From contig CAWFXL010000001.1 in the NCBI GenBank assembly GCA_963819815.1, positions 128,001 to 192,000 of the forward strand: a stretch of 64,000 nt of DNA. Reading direction: 5' to 3'. The notes under the pieces are model-generated. The model made no database searches. It was not told the origin of the DNA and worked only from the letters and a program-made list of their open reading frames with translations. This document shows, one piece after another, positions 28,896 to 40,020 of the stretch; the stretch's first letter is position 1, and every line of letters starts with the position of its first letter. Source of the DNA: an uncultured bacterium (GTDB lineage: Bacteria; Babelota; Babeliae; Babelales; Babelaceae). A program made the position numbers and the translations under genes.

Positions 28896-30795
28896 TTATT
28901 TTGTTTGATCATCCGGTTCGATATCGATCGGTTCATCATTCTTAGTATCAGATTCTTTTCGTTGAGTTGTGCTTTCATCAGCTTTTTCACCAGCTTGCTT
29001 ATAGAGAAACTCAGCAATCTTGTGAGATGCTTGAAGAAGTGCATCCGTAGCTTTTTGAAGCTCTTCTGCATTCTGAGCATGTTCCGTAAGCGCAGCTTTT
29101 GCAGCAACGAGTGCTTGTTCAGTTTTTTCAATGTCAGACGCTTCAAGTTTGCCTTTATTCTCGTTGAGCGTTTTTTCTATTTCTAGAATGAGCCCGTCAA
29201 GACGATTTTTCTTTTCAACTGCTTCTCGAGCTTTTTTATCTTCAGCTTCATGCTCTGCAGCTTCGCGAACCATACGTTCAACTTCAGATTTATCAAGACC
29301 ACCTGTACTTGTGATCGTAACTTTCTGCTCTTTGCCCGTTGCACGATCTTTTGCAGATACATGTACGATACCATTGGCATCGATATCGAAGGTTACCTCT
29401 ACTTGTGGTACGCCACGAGGTGCTGCAGGAATACCTTCAAGTCTGAATTGCCCGAGGAGTTTATTGTCCTTTGCAAACTCTCGTTCACCTTGAACTACTC
29501 GAATATCGACTGCCGTTTGATTGTCTTCAGCGGTACTAAATACTCTGTGATTTGCGCGTAGGTATTGTAGTATTACGCTCGATAAGTTTAGTTGCAACGC
29601 CACCCATGGTTTCAATACCAAGAGAAAGGGGAGTGACATCAAGCAGTAACACATCGGTGACATGGCCACCTAGAATTGCACCTTGTACAGCGGCACCAAT
29701 AGCTACGACTTCATCAGGGTTAACCGATTTATTTGGTTCTTTGCCAAAAAAATCTTTAACGAGTTGTTGTACTTTTGGCATACGGGTAGAGCCACCAACG
29801 AGAAGTACTTCGTCAATCTTATCTTTAGAAATATCAGCATCTTTTATTGCTTTTTTGCACGGAACAAGCAAGCGCTCAAAAATATCGCTACAGAGGGCTT
29901 CTAGTTTCGAGCGAGAAAGCTTCATCGTAAGATGTTTAGGGCCTGAGGCATCGGCCGTTATATAAGGAAGGTTAATTTCAGTTTCATGCATCGATGAAAG
30001 TTCAATTTTTGCTTTCTCTGCAGCTTCCCGTAATCGTTGAAGAGCCATACGATCATTTTTCAGATCGATGCCACTTTCCTTCTTGAACTCATCAATTAAG
30101 TAAGCCATGATTTTTTGGTCAATGTCATCACCACCAAGGTGGGTATCACCATTGGTTGATTTCACTTCAATTACGCCATCTTGAATTTCTAAAATAGAGA
30201 TATCAAAGGTACCACCACCAAAGTCAAATACGGCAATCGTACCATTTTTCTTTTTATCAAGACCATAGGCAAGGGCAGCTGCTGTGGGCTCATTGATGAT
30301 ACGCATAACTTCAAGTCCGGCAATCTTGCCAGCATCCTTCGTAGCTTGCCGCTGTGAATCATTAAAATAGGCAGGTACCGTAATAACTGCCTTGGTTACC
30401 GTTTGTCCTAGGTACTGCTCTGCCGATTGTTTTAATTTACTTAAGACCGCCGCAGCTATTTCTTGTGGGGTATATTCTTTCCCTTGAGCGGTAATAAAGA
30501 CCTCACCATTGGGACCCTTTTTAAGATGATAAGGTACTTGTTTAGCCTCCCCAGCAACTTCATCAAACGTATGTCCAATAAATCGCTTGGCTGAGAATAT
30601 CGTATTTTCAGGGTTTGTTACGGCTTGTCTTTTTGCTAAGATACCAACAAGACGTTTACCATCTTTCGTAAAAGCTACTACTGAGGGGGTAGTATTTTGG
30701 CCTTCTTCATTGGGAATTACTTTGGGAGTACTTCCTTCCATTACAGCTACAACAGAGTTAGTTGTTCCTAAGTCGATACCTATTATTTTGCTCAT
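28896..30795 (-). CDS. dnaK: Chaperone DnaK, split by a +1 frameshift near 29544 (probably an artefact)
   Basis: [11 protein letters not shown] through TIPTRKSQ in one frame, VFSTAEDNQ onward in the next. Confidence 0.97.
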
Positions 30796-31174
30796 CGTGT
30801 TCCTTTCTTAGGTGCGTGTCAATTGTGTCAGCTTAGATGATCTTTCATACCAATATATACTGGTAATTTTCAATTATGTCAAGAATTTTGCTCAAGAAAT
30901 CTTAGTCTGAGAGACTCATATTCATAGGCATAGACCACGATTTGGTTATCGCCTAACAATCTACACAAATAATTATTGTTGTTCTGAAAGGTTTATTCCG
31001 CAGGTAGATTGCAATTGATAATCACCCAAAATCCTTTTTGGTAAGTAAAAACGAGTTGTTGGACTCGCCTATAATGAGGGGTTGGTTTGATTGTTCCTGA
31101 GTGCTCGGGTGAAGGCAGCTAATTGTAGTTTTTCTCAGATGCAAGGACTAGTGAATTGAGCACTGCTTTTAGGA

Positions 31175-31939
31175 TCACTTTAAAGGAAAATAGCGCAAGA
31201 GCCATGTCTTAACCAACTCTCCAGCTTTGTTCGAAGAATTTAAGAAATCATGGGTTGCACCATCTACAATTTTCAATTCAGAGCTCTTTGGTAACCACTG
31301 CATGGCTTTTTTGGATTCTACATAGAGATCTAGCTCATCTTGATCAGCATTTCCATGTATAATGAGTACAGGACACGTAACCTTACTCAAAAGTGCTTTT
31401 TGATCAACAGCCTTAATGTCATTTAAAAGATTGCCATCAACCTTAAGTTTGTCACGCAAGCCGTCATTAACTTCTACGGTAATATAACCCATTGTTTGCA
31501 TCTCATCGAATTGCTCTTTCGTTAACCTAGTATCCCATTGCCATTGCACTGGTCCTGTAAGTGCGCTGATTAAAATCATAGTGCTAATCTCAGGAGTACA
31601 TGCCTCCAAGCAAGTTAGTGCTCCTAGGCTATGACCAATTAAAGCAATCTTTTGATATCCTCTTTCTTTACCAAAAGCTATTGCTGATGCCAAATCATCT
31701 ACCGATTTTTTTATAGTAAGTACATTACCTTCACTTGTACCATGCCCGGAAAAATCAAATGATAGCACGTTGTAATTTTCTTTTTGAAGGGCTTCGGCAA
31801 TTTGAGGAAACAATCCCTGAGCAAATCTATTATTTGCCGAACCGTGAGCCATGATAATAAGAGCTTTGGAAGGAGCTTCCCACAAAGTTCCCGTTAACGT
31901 TAGATTTCTTGAATTTTTAAACGATATATCTTTAATCAC
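31175..31939 (-). CDS. Alpha/beta hydrolase
   Basis: AHGS, DFSGHG.S, GHSLG nucleophile elbow and IHGNAD...H. Confidence 0.9.
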   Translation of the reverse strand: MIKDISFKNSRNLTLTGTLWEAPSKALIIMAHGSANNRFAQGLFPQIAEALQKENYNVLSFDFSGHGTSEGNVLTIKKSVDDLASAIAFGKERGYQKIALIGHSLGALTCLEACTPEISTMILISALTGPVQWQWDTRLTKEQFDEMQTMGYITVEVNDGLRDKLKVDGNLLNDIKAVDQKALLSKVTCPVLIIHGNADQDELDLYVESKKAMQWLPKSSELKIVDGATHDFLNSSNKAGELVKTWLLRYFPLK

Positions 31940-32088
31940 AGGTATCCTTTTCTTGCAATATCAAAGATACTACAGAAAATAACTTTATTGCGCGAGAGAG
32001 TATTTTCATTAAGAATACCAAGCTTCGCGGGCTCTTTCGAGTTTAGCGTTACGTTGCTAGTATGCTTCGATTTGAATCAATGCTTTTT

Positions 32089-33477
32089 CTAGAGGAGTGC
32101 ATAGCCAATTCCTGAAATTACTAAAGCGCAGATTAACGTCTTGCCGTATGGTCTAAAGGATGGCCAAATATTCCAGCGATAAAAAGAGTACAACGAGAGC
32201 AGCATAAAAGTACTGAGCCTGATGCAGACGATGGTAGTAAGTATGGCAAGAGGTGTCTGAAGATACTGTACCACGACATACACAACACCTATGCTCAGAA
32301 GATTAATCCCAAGATAGGTATGTGCATCTTCTTCTACGATATACCATTTTTCATAGAGGACAAAAAGGCTTTCAAGAAAGGTAAGCAGCACCATACCATA
32401 GAGGAGAGACCAGGTTACCGCCGACGCACTTGGTACGGTATGATGAAGGGCGATCTTTTTACCATTAATGATAAGAAATATGAGTAAGCCATACAGGACC
32501 TGATTGAAGACCTCCGTAAGAAAATGGAAAGCTTGTGTTTGAGTTTCCAGCGAACGAGATTTAAGGTGAGCAAGGAGCGCATTACTTGTTACCCCAAGCA
32601 CTTTTTTTGCCACAATAGTAATCCAATAAGAGATACTTGATATGACTTTCATGAGGCTTGCAGATTCGATACCAAACTGAAACGCACACAGGGGTACGAG
32701 GAAATTTCCCGAATACAGTTGCTGTAAGCAGTTGAGTACCCACGAGAAAATTCGAGTTTTTGAGATGCGGAAAAAAAGCTCAAGCTTCGAAATTAGTGCT
32801 ATCTCCTGAGTGTCTAAAGTGCCATACCAATAGGCAAGACAACCAATAAGGAGTATGCATTGCAGAAGGGACGCATACATGAGTATCTGCAAACTTGTAA
32901 GAAGGGTAAGGTGGCCAAAGTAGTGAAGAACAATAATGCCGACTACATTGATTCCAATACCTAACAACTCCACAAAAGCGGCAAATCGAAAGTAAAAACT
33001 CAATTGAAGAAATGCTCGGATGGTTTTGCGGTTGCTTTCAAAGAAAAAAATGAGAAGTGTGTATACAAGCAAATGGGTTGAGAAATATGGTGCAATAGTT
33101 TTAAAAAAATGGAGACCTGGAATATGAGAGGAACTGAGGTAGGTTGTAGTGCAAAGGATAGCGAGGAATACTATTTGCGGTATAAGAAGTACCTGAGTAA
33201 GCAACCAAAACCGTTTACGAGAGACGGAAAAAGTTTCAAGAAAGGGAGCTAGGGTAGTATCAAGTCCCAGGTTAGCAATCGCAACTGCTAAGTAGATTAA
33301 TGAGAGTAAGCAACCAAGGACTCCATGGAGAATGGTTCCTGCGTAGGTGCGATAGAGAAGGTGGAAAAGTATAACAAGACCCTGACTACCAAAAGAGTCA
33401 ATAAACGTCCAGATAATACCAAACTTAAATTGTGGAAGATACGGAAGATGGTAGGTTTGTTTCGTCATGGTGCTCAC
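32089..33477 (-). CDS. Polytopic membrane protein, MOP-superfamily flippase-like
   Basis: About 12-14 TM segments; NLGLD motif in the first half. Confidence 0.6.
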   Translation of the reverse strand: MSTMTKQTYHLPYLPQFKFGIIWTFIDSFGSQGLVILFHLLYRTYAGTILHGVLGCLLSLIYLAVAIANLGLDTTLAPFLETFSVSRKRFWLLTQVLLIPQIVFLAILCTTTYLSSSHIPGLHFFKTIAPYFSTHLLVYTLLIFFFESNRKTIRAFLQLSFYFRFAAFVELLGIGINVVGIIVLHYFGHLTLLTSLQILMYASLLQCILLIGCLAYWYGTLDTQEIALISKLELFFRISKTRIFSWVLNCLQQLYSGNFLVPLCAFQFGIESASLMKVISSISYWITIVAKKVLGVTSNALLAHLKSRSLETQTQAFHFLTEVFNQVLYGLLIFLIINGKKIALHHTVPSASAVTWSLLYGMVLLTFLESLFVLYEKWYIVEEDAHTYLGINLLSIGVVYVVVQYLQTPLAILTTIVCIRLSTFMLLSLYSFYRWNIWPSFRPYGKTLICALVISGIGYALL

Positions 33478-33582
33478 AAGAAAAAAATGTGCATATGAGA
33501 CTAGTATAATCGTAAAACGAATGTTATACTAAAGTCACTTAATTCTAGTAAACCAATAAGCTTTTGAGCATGAGGTTAGTAA

Positions 33583-34098
33583 ATGTTTTCTGAACAAGAA
33601 AAAGTTGTCTATCCAGGGCATGGCGTTGCGAAAATAGAGCGAATTGTAAAAAAAAATGTCGGCGGCGCAGAAGCATCATTTTATGAGTTAGCATTTCTCA
33701 ATAAAGATATGACGGTTCTTGTACCCGTTGAAAGTTCCTGTTCTGTTGGTCTTCGTGCACTCAGTTCTCATGAGCATGTGGTGGGCGTATTGTCATACCT
33801 TACTGAAGAAGTAGAGCATGCTTCAACGATAGAGTTTGTTCCTGCAAACTGGAGTAAGCGTAATAAGGAATATCAGTCAAAGCTCAAAAAAGGTGACCTT
33901 AAAGAGCTCTGTGAAATATACCGAGATCTTCATATTATCTCTACCCACAAAGAACTTTCATTTGGAGAAAAAACTCTTCTTCATCAAATCGAATCACTAT
34001 TAGTCGAAGAAATATCGCTTGTTGAGGAAATTGGCGAGGAAAAAATGATCGAACATCTTCGATCTCTCTGCTCACAAATCTCTGAAAAAAGGGTGTGA
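33583..34098 (+). CDS. carD: CarD family transcriptional regulator
   Basis: KVVYPGHGVAKI, VLVPV...VGLR and WSKR. Confidence 0.92.
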   Translation: MFSEQEKVVYPGHGVAKIERIVKKNVGGAEASFYELAFLNKDMTVLVPVESSCSVGLRALSSHEHVVGVLSYLTEEVEHASTIEFVPANWSKRNKEYQSKLKKGDLKELCEIYRDLHIISTHKELSFGEKTLLHQIESLLVEEISLVEEIGEEKMIEHLRSLCSQISEKRV

Positions 34099-34126
34099 TT
34101 GAAACCGCTTACTGGGATATGGGTAC

Positions 34127-35108
34127 ATGACACTTCCTTTTTTTATGATTATTTCAGGTCCGACCGGGGTAGGTAAAACGGCCCTCGTGGATGAGCTTAT
34201 TTCTCAGGTCTCTTTTCCTTTAGAAATTATTAATGCTGACATGGGACAGCTCTATGAGCCACTTACCATAGGTACTGCAAAGCCCGATCTCAGTGCCGTC
34301 AAAGTTCCTCATCATATGTTTGATATCATTCAAGATCCTCTTGATTACACTGCTTCTAGCCTATAGAGCACGCGCTCTTGAGCTGATACAAGAAATAACC
34401 TCACGTGGAGCAGTCCCGCTCTTTGTCGGCGGTTCAGGTTTTTATCTAGCTACATTATTCTATCCTCCTTGCGACGCACCTCTTCAAGGGGCAGATCCAG
34501 TAACCTATACAGAGAAACCAACACCAGAATTATGGGAGCTTCTTAATCAGGTTGATCCTGCACGCGCTCAGATGGTGCATAAGCATGATCGCTATAGGAT
34601 TATTCGTGCGTTGCGCATTTTTTATGAAACGGGCAAACAGCCTTCTTCATGTGAACCGGTATTTGATCCTCCGGGGAAATGCGCCTTTTACTACTTAGTA
34701 CGAGATCAGGAAGATCTCTATGAGCGCATAAATAAGCGCACTCAGATAATGCTCGATGAAGGGTGGTTTGATGAAGTGCAAGGTTTATCAAAAGAGTGGC
34801 ATGAATTCTTGCTTTCAAAAAAGTTGATCGGATATCCCGAGATTATCAACTATATGCAAGCAGAATCGTTAGGTCTTTTAGGTGATGATGCTTATGAGCA
34901 GCTGAATGCACAAATTTCTCAGAAAACTCGTTCTTATGCAAAAAGACAGATAACATTTTGGAAGCAGTTAAAAAAACGATGTATGCAGAGTGATCCACAG
35001 AAAGAGTATTTTCTCTCACTGGAAGAGATCAACCTCTCACACTCCTCTTTTGAAAGCGTTCTCACTTCTTTAAAAGCTGGTTTGGTATCACCTGTGCAAT
35101 CAAAATGA
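34127..35108 (+). CDS. miaA: tRNA dimethylallyltransferase, split by a +1 frameshift near 34358
   Basis: GPTGVGKT, IGTAKP, VGGSGFY, RIIRAL and TRSYAKRQITF across two ORFs. Confidence 0.93.
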
Positions 35109-35302
35109 AGCTAGTTTTATGAGCTTTTTCTCCTTACAAAAAGCATGAGGCTGTTTTGAAACGATGAGCTGCTGAGGTCAAGCCAGCAGAAAAAACTTTG
35201 ACACCTCAAGCGTTGCATGGTACGGTATGGACACGAAGCTTTACTCCTTAATGAGGGTGCGAAACTCTAGCACATAGCGAATTCCACCCAGATAAAAAAA
35301 GA

Positions 35303-35941
35303 GTGCGAGTTGAAATTCTATATATGATTGGTGAGTTATTAAGGATGTCTCACATGCTACACGATAGATCATTAGGTACACGCACGTCCCAGGAAAAAGA
35401 CATTGCTGGGGTGGACCGAGCTCTGACCGAATTGCTTGCTCATGAGGATATGAGTGAGCAAGAGAATGTTGGCACTACTTCTATGCATGGTAGCGACCGC
35501 ATCGAGATTACTCAACAGCAAGTAAGTCGAAGTATGGCACTGGTACTTGTGGGTTCCTTTCTTCTATTTTTAGCTGGCTATACACTTGGAAAATATCATG
35601 TAGTTCAGAGTACTTCAGAAGGTGCAAAGTTGATCCCTGACTTAGTCTATGGTATGTTCTTTGAAAGGGTTACTGAGGAACCGCTTACTGTACCTCATAA
35701 AGAAGTACATGGAGAATATGGTCGTTTTGCAACCTTTGAAGAAGCTGATAAGCTTTGTAGGGAGTTGAAAAAAAGGGGAATTCTTACTCAAGTAGTTACC
35801 CGAAGCAGTTCTACGGTGAATGGTAGATGTTTTGTGCACTATGCTGTTTGTAAAGAGACTCAAAAGGAACGTATTCCTAGTGAGCCTGTAGTGGAAAAGG
35901 TTGTGGAAGATATAAAGAAAGGTGGTTGCCTCAATGATTAG
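35303..35941 (+). CDS. Hypothetical single-TM protein with SPOR-like C-terminal segment
   Basis: One TM helix; GRFATFEEADKL..ELKKRG resembles SPOR. Start uncertain. Confidence 0.55.
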   Translation: MRVEILYMIGELLRMSHMLHDRSLGTRTSQEKDIAGVDRALTELLAHEDMSEQENVGTTSMHGSDRIEITQQQVSRSMALVLVGSFLLFLAGYTLGKYHVVQSTSEGAKLIPDLVYGMFFERVTEEPLTVPHKEVHGEYGRFATFEEADKLCRELKKRGILTQVVTRSSSTVNGRCFVHYAVCKETQKERIPSEPVVEKVVEDIKKGGCLND

Positions 35942-37877
35942 TGATATACGTAAGACGTTACAAACTCGTCCAGTTAAAATATTTCTGTGGATGCTCGTTG
36001 CCTCTTTTTTTATTGGGATTATTCCTTTGGCATTTCGGGGACGTCATGCTGAAGATAGCCTCGGCACAGTAAATGGATATCATATAGGGGTACTTGAATA
36101 TAGGCGTAAGCTTAATGAAATACAAGGTCATATTCGTGAGCTTCAACAAGCATATGGGATTCAAGCGGATATGGTTCTGAAGATGTGGGGCTTAGATAAG
36201 CGTCCTGATGAGGTAGTATTAGACAGTCTTATTAATGCTAAGGTGAGTAAGTCTTTAAATGATCGTTTAGGTGTGCAAGTAGATAACGAGTATCTCCAAG
36301 CCAAATTACGCGACCCTTATTTTGTGCGCCAATATTTGAGCAACATTATTCCTCCACAAGCTTTAGTGGGTGGTAGTATCGATACGGCTGCACTTGAATA
36401 TAATCTTGAACGCCAAGGGATCTCTCATGATGAGTTTGATGAAATGCTTAACGATGCTATGTTGAGTGCATTTCTTGCAAAACTCATTGCAGGTGGCTTA
36501 TATATTTCTGAAGGATCATTAAAGGATTACTTTATTGGCCAATCGGTGAAAAAGAAGTTTGCTTACGTCGGTCTACCTCTTTCTAAGTATCTTACGAAAG
36601 CTAAAGAGCAAAAAATTACTGATGCTGAGTTAGAAGAGTATTATGCAAAACCCGCACATCAAGATCCTTATCGCATTCCTGAAAAAAGGTCAGCCAAAGT
36701 GTGGACTTTCTCTCCAGATTCATTTGGTGTGGTGGTTACCGATAAAGACCTTGAGACAGCCTACCAGCGAAATAAGCGCAATTATATAAAGACTCCGGCT
36801 ACCGTACAGGTACAACATATCTTGTTACCCTTTACTGCAGAAAATAAAGTGGAGATGCGAGCTCGCGCACAGGCCATCTATGATGAAGTGACCGCAAAAC
36901 CGGATACCTTTGCAGCAGTTGCCGCGAAGGATTCACAATCAAAAGATAAAGGTACCACGATTACTCTAAAACGTACCGATAAAAATTCGGCTTTTACTAA
37001 GGAGGCGTTTGGTCTTCACAAGGGGAGCATTTCTCCGGTGGTAGAGACTGAGGAAGGATTTGAGATTATCAAACTGCTCGATAAAAAGGAGCCTGAGTTC
37101 AAACCACTTGATGAGGTTAAAGGGGATCTGTCGAAGCAGCTTAAAGAAGAAAAGTTTACTCAAGTCTTTGATGCAAACGCACAGCGCGTTTTAAGTCAAT
37201 CTAAGGACGAGCCAACGATCTTGGCAAGTTTTATTGAGCGCCATAAAGGGCAGGAAAGTACCCTTGCAGATGAGACTCGTTCTGAGAAGCGTCTCAATAG
37301 CAGCCTCTTTGGGCTGCGTCGCATCGGAGAGAAAGCTTTCTTTGAGGATGCTCAAAAAGGATACATTATAGAGTTAACAGCGCTTAATCCAAGTACGATT
37401 CCTCCTTTAGAAAAAGTGCAAGAAAAGATCTTGGAAAAACTCTACAGTGAGCGAGCACATGAGCTCTTAAAGAAAGATCTCAACCAGGGAGTTGCTGATC
37501 TTGCTGATAAAAAAATGACGTTAGAACAGGTTGCACAGGCCCTTAATGGGAAAGTGGAAACAACCGATTGGGTGTCGTTCACCGATCAAGATTCTCTCAA
37601 AAAACTTCGCGAGTTAAAGATCAAGATGCCTAAGCTGCAACACCTAACCACAAAAAATGCAGCAACAAGTGATATTGCCGGCAATGAAGGCTATATTATT
37701 CAGGTTAAGGAGATCGAGCCGATTAACGAAAAAGAATTTCAGGAAATGAAACCGGCTATTCGTTTTCAGATCGCACGAAATGAACTAGAGGGAATAGGAA
37801 GAGCGTTCTTTCAAGCCTTAAGAGATAAAGCCCAGGTATCTATAAACAATGAGATGCTACGTCTGGCAAAAAGCTAA
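35934..37877 (+). CDS. PpiD/SurA-like periplasmic chaperone with parvulin PPIase domain
   Basis: N-terminal TM, SurA_N-like region, VQHILL, ISPVVETEEGFEIIK. ORF opens at 35922. Confidence 0.85.
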   Translation: MISDIRKTLQTRPVKIFLWMLVASFFIGIIPLAFRGRHAEDSLGTVNGYHIGVLEYRRKLNEIQGHIRELQQAYGIQADMVLKMWGLDKRPDEVVLDSLINAKVSKSLNDRLGVQVDNEYLQAKLRDPYFVRQYLSNIIPPQALVGGSIDTAALEYNLERQGISHDEFDEMLNDAMLSAFLAKLIAGGLYISEGSLKDYFIGQSVKKKFAYVGLPLSKYLTKAKEQKITDAELEEYYAKPAHQDPYRIPEKRSAKVWTFSPDSFGVVVTDKDLETAYQRNKRNYIKTPATVQVQHILLPFTAENKVEMRARAQAIYDEVTAKPDTFAAVAAKDSQSKDKGTTITLKRTDKNSAFTKEAFGLHKGSISPVVETEEGFEIIKLLDKKEPEFKPLDEVKGDLSKQLKEEKFTQVFDANAQRVLSQSKDEPTILASFIERHKGQESTLADETRSEKRLNSSLFGLRRIGEKAFFEDAQKGYIIELTALNPSTIPPLEKVQEKILEKLYSERAHELLKKDLNQGVADLADKKMTLEQVAQALNGKVETTDWVSFTDQDSLKKLRELKIKMPKLQHLTTKNAATSDIAGNEGYIIQVKEIEPINEKEFQEMKPAIRFQIARNELEGIGRAFFQALRDKAQVSINNEMLRLAKS

Positions 37878-37896
37878 GAAAAAGTTATGATTAGAA

Positions 37897-37933
37897 GTAG
37901 TAAGGGTATCCTTGTATAGGGTACCCTTACTGC
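37897..37933. terminator. Inverted-repeat hairpin after the PPIase gene
   Basis: GTAGTAAGGGTATCCT-tgtat-AGGGTACCCTTACTGC. Confidence 0.6.
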
Positions 37934-38062
37934 AGAGTTATTCAAGCAGTACCAGAGTACAGTAAGACTTGAACCGTGTAGTGAGTTCGAGAGATCTCAA
38001 ATTCAGAATCTGCAAAAGATATAGTGAATACGTGAATATACAAATAGCCCAAAGGGGTACCT

Positions 38063-39017
38063 ATGATTATTCAAGCGACACAGCTTCGTAAAACTTTTGT
38101 GAGTAAGTCCCATGTCGTAGAGAGCGTAAAAGATGTGACCCTTGCATGTAGAGCAGGGTGAGATATTTGGGTTCATTGGACCAAATGGTGCTGGAAAAAC
38201 GACTACGATGAGAATGCTCACGACACTCTTGGTTCCCACTGAGGGAAACGCCTTGATTGCAGGCCATGATCTTATTAAAGAGCAGCAGAGCATTCGAAAA
38301 AAAATCGGCTATGTAAGCCAAGCAGGGGGACTCGATCCTGCCTGTACTGCTCGAGAAAATCTTATTTTCCAGGCACAATTGCATGGGTTTTCGTTGCATG
38401 ATGCACAGCTTCGCGCCAAGGAACTTGTTGCAACGTTTTTGCTTGAACCCTTTGCCGATCGTCCGGTGAGCACCTATTCAGGTGGACAGAAAAGACGGGT
38501 AGATGTCGCATTATCATTAGTACATAAACCGCAATTGCTGTTTCTTGATGAGCCGACCACAGGACTTGATCCACAAAGTAGAGCTCATCTTTGGCAAGAA
38601 CTTATGAAGATTAGAGAGCAGGGTACGACGATATTTTTAACGACACATTATCTTGATGAAGCTGATGTGCTCTGTGATAGGATCGCTATTATTGATTATG
38701 GTATGATAGTTGCAGAAGGCACTCCGCATGCTCTGAAAAAGCAGATAGGTGGAGATATTGTGATGCTAGGTATTGAAGCTTCATCCAATGACTCGCTTAA
38801 AGATCTCATTAAATCGCAGTCATTTGTACGTGAAATAACCGAAAGCACTGAGGGACTTCGTATTTGCGTAGATCACGGGGAGCATGCACTGGCAAGCTTA
38901 GTACGTCTTTTTGATCAAACTAAAGTTCCTCTACAAAAAATCAGTCTTTCACGACCTACCCTTGATGATGTATTTCTTAAGCAGACTGGTCGATCATTGC
39001 GCGAAACTTCTTTATAA
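38063..39017 (+). CDS. ABC-2 (DrrA-like) ATP-binding protein; 5' end out of frame by one base at ~38141
   Basis: ATG 38063 MIIQATQLRKTF...SVKDVT joins LHVEQGEIFGFIGPNGAGKTT; YSGGQKRR; LDEPTTGLD. Confidence 0.9.
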
Positions 39018-39028
39018 AGGATCTTTTC

Positions 39029-39790
39029 ATGAAAGTACTTAACGACACCTTACTTATCTATCGCTATACATTACGTGCTACGTTACGTAATCCGATTTTT
39101 GTTATTATTGGTCTATTTAATCCGCTATGCTTCTTATTCTTATTTGCGCCGTTATTACGCGAGCTTTCCAATACCCCGTATTTTTCAGGTGCGAATACGC
39201 TCTCTATCTTTTTACCAGGTCTTCTGGTGATGATGGGAATGTATGCATCAGCATATGCAGGCTTTAAGATAATCGATGAAATACGAAATGGATTCATTGA
39301 GCGTTTATGGGTTTCTCCGGTAAGCAGACTCGCTCTGGTTGCTGGTAGGACTCTTCGTGACACGACTATTTTGGTATTTCAAACAACCATATTGATTATA
39401 TTGTCCTATTTCTGGGGCCTTGAAGCCAACCTGCTTGGCGTTCTCGGTGCTCTTTTCCTTGTCGTGTTAGTTGGTATAACGCTGTCTTCCTGCTCCTATA
39501 TACTAGGGCTTATCTTTAAAGAAGAGGAAGCATTGGCTGCTGCAATTAACTTCTTCATAGTTCCTTTGCAATTGTTGTCGGGCATTACGCTTCCTTTAGC
39601 GTTAGCGCCTTTATGGCTTAAGCGAACAGCTCAGTTTAATCCACTGTCTCATGTAGTTGATGGAAGCCGAGCTTTGTTTGCAGGGAACTTCTCAGATGCA
39701 TCAGTTCTATTAAGCTTTGGGCTGATGATTGCTTTGGCCAGTGGGACCGTTTATGCATTGGTAAGGTCCTACAAAACTAAAGCTGTCTAG
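39029..39790 (+). CDS. ABC-2 type permease (DrrB-like)
   Basis: Six TM segments; NPLSHVVDG.R; adjacent to the ATPase. Confidence 0.9.
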   Translation: MKVLNDTLLIYRYTLRATLRNPIFVIIGLFNPLCFLFLFAPLLRELSNTPYFSGANTLSIFLPGLLVMMGMYASAYAGFKIIDEIRNGFIERLWVSPVSRLALVAGRTLRDTTILVFQTTILIILSYFWGLEANLLGVLGALFLVVLVGITLSSCSYILGLIFKEEEALAAAINFFIVPLQLLSGITLPLALAPLWLKRTAQFNPLSHVVDGSRALFAGNFSDASVLLSFGLMIALASGTVYALVRSYKTKAV

Positions 39791-40020
39791 AAGCACAGTT
39801 CATACGTATAGTCTCATTTTGTTCCCATGATCAAATTCGCCTAAGATGCGATGAGGTTATTGCTTTCTCTTGCCCTGATTGGATAAATTTCGGATTGACA
39901 ATTTTTGACTATATGATATCGTTAATTCTGAATTACTAAGGTTGCCGCATGGCAGTTACCGTTTTAGAATGTGAAATTAACGAGTATGACGGTGTTTCTA
40001 GAGACATATTAAGGATTTAG

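Noticed and set aside
30796..31174. CIRCE element or ncRNA upstream of dnaK
   Set aside because: GAGTGCTC/GAGCACT half-matches lack the TTAGCACTC-N9-GAGTGCTAA spacing; no recognisable RNA family.
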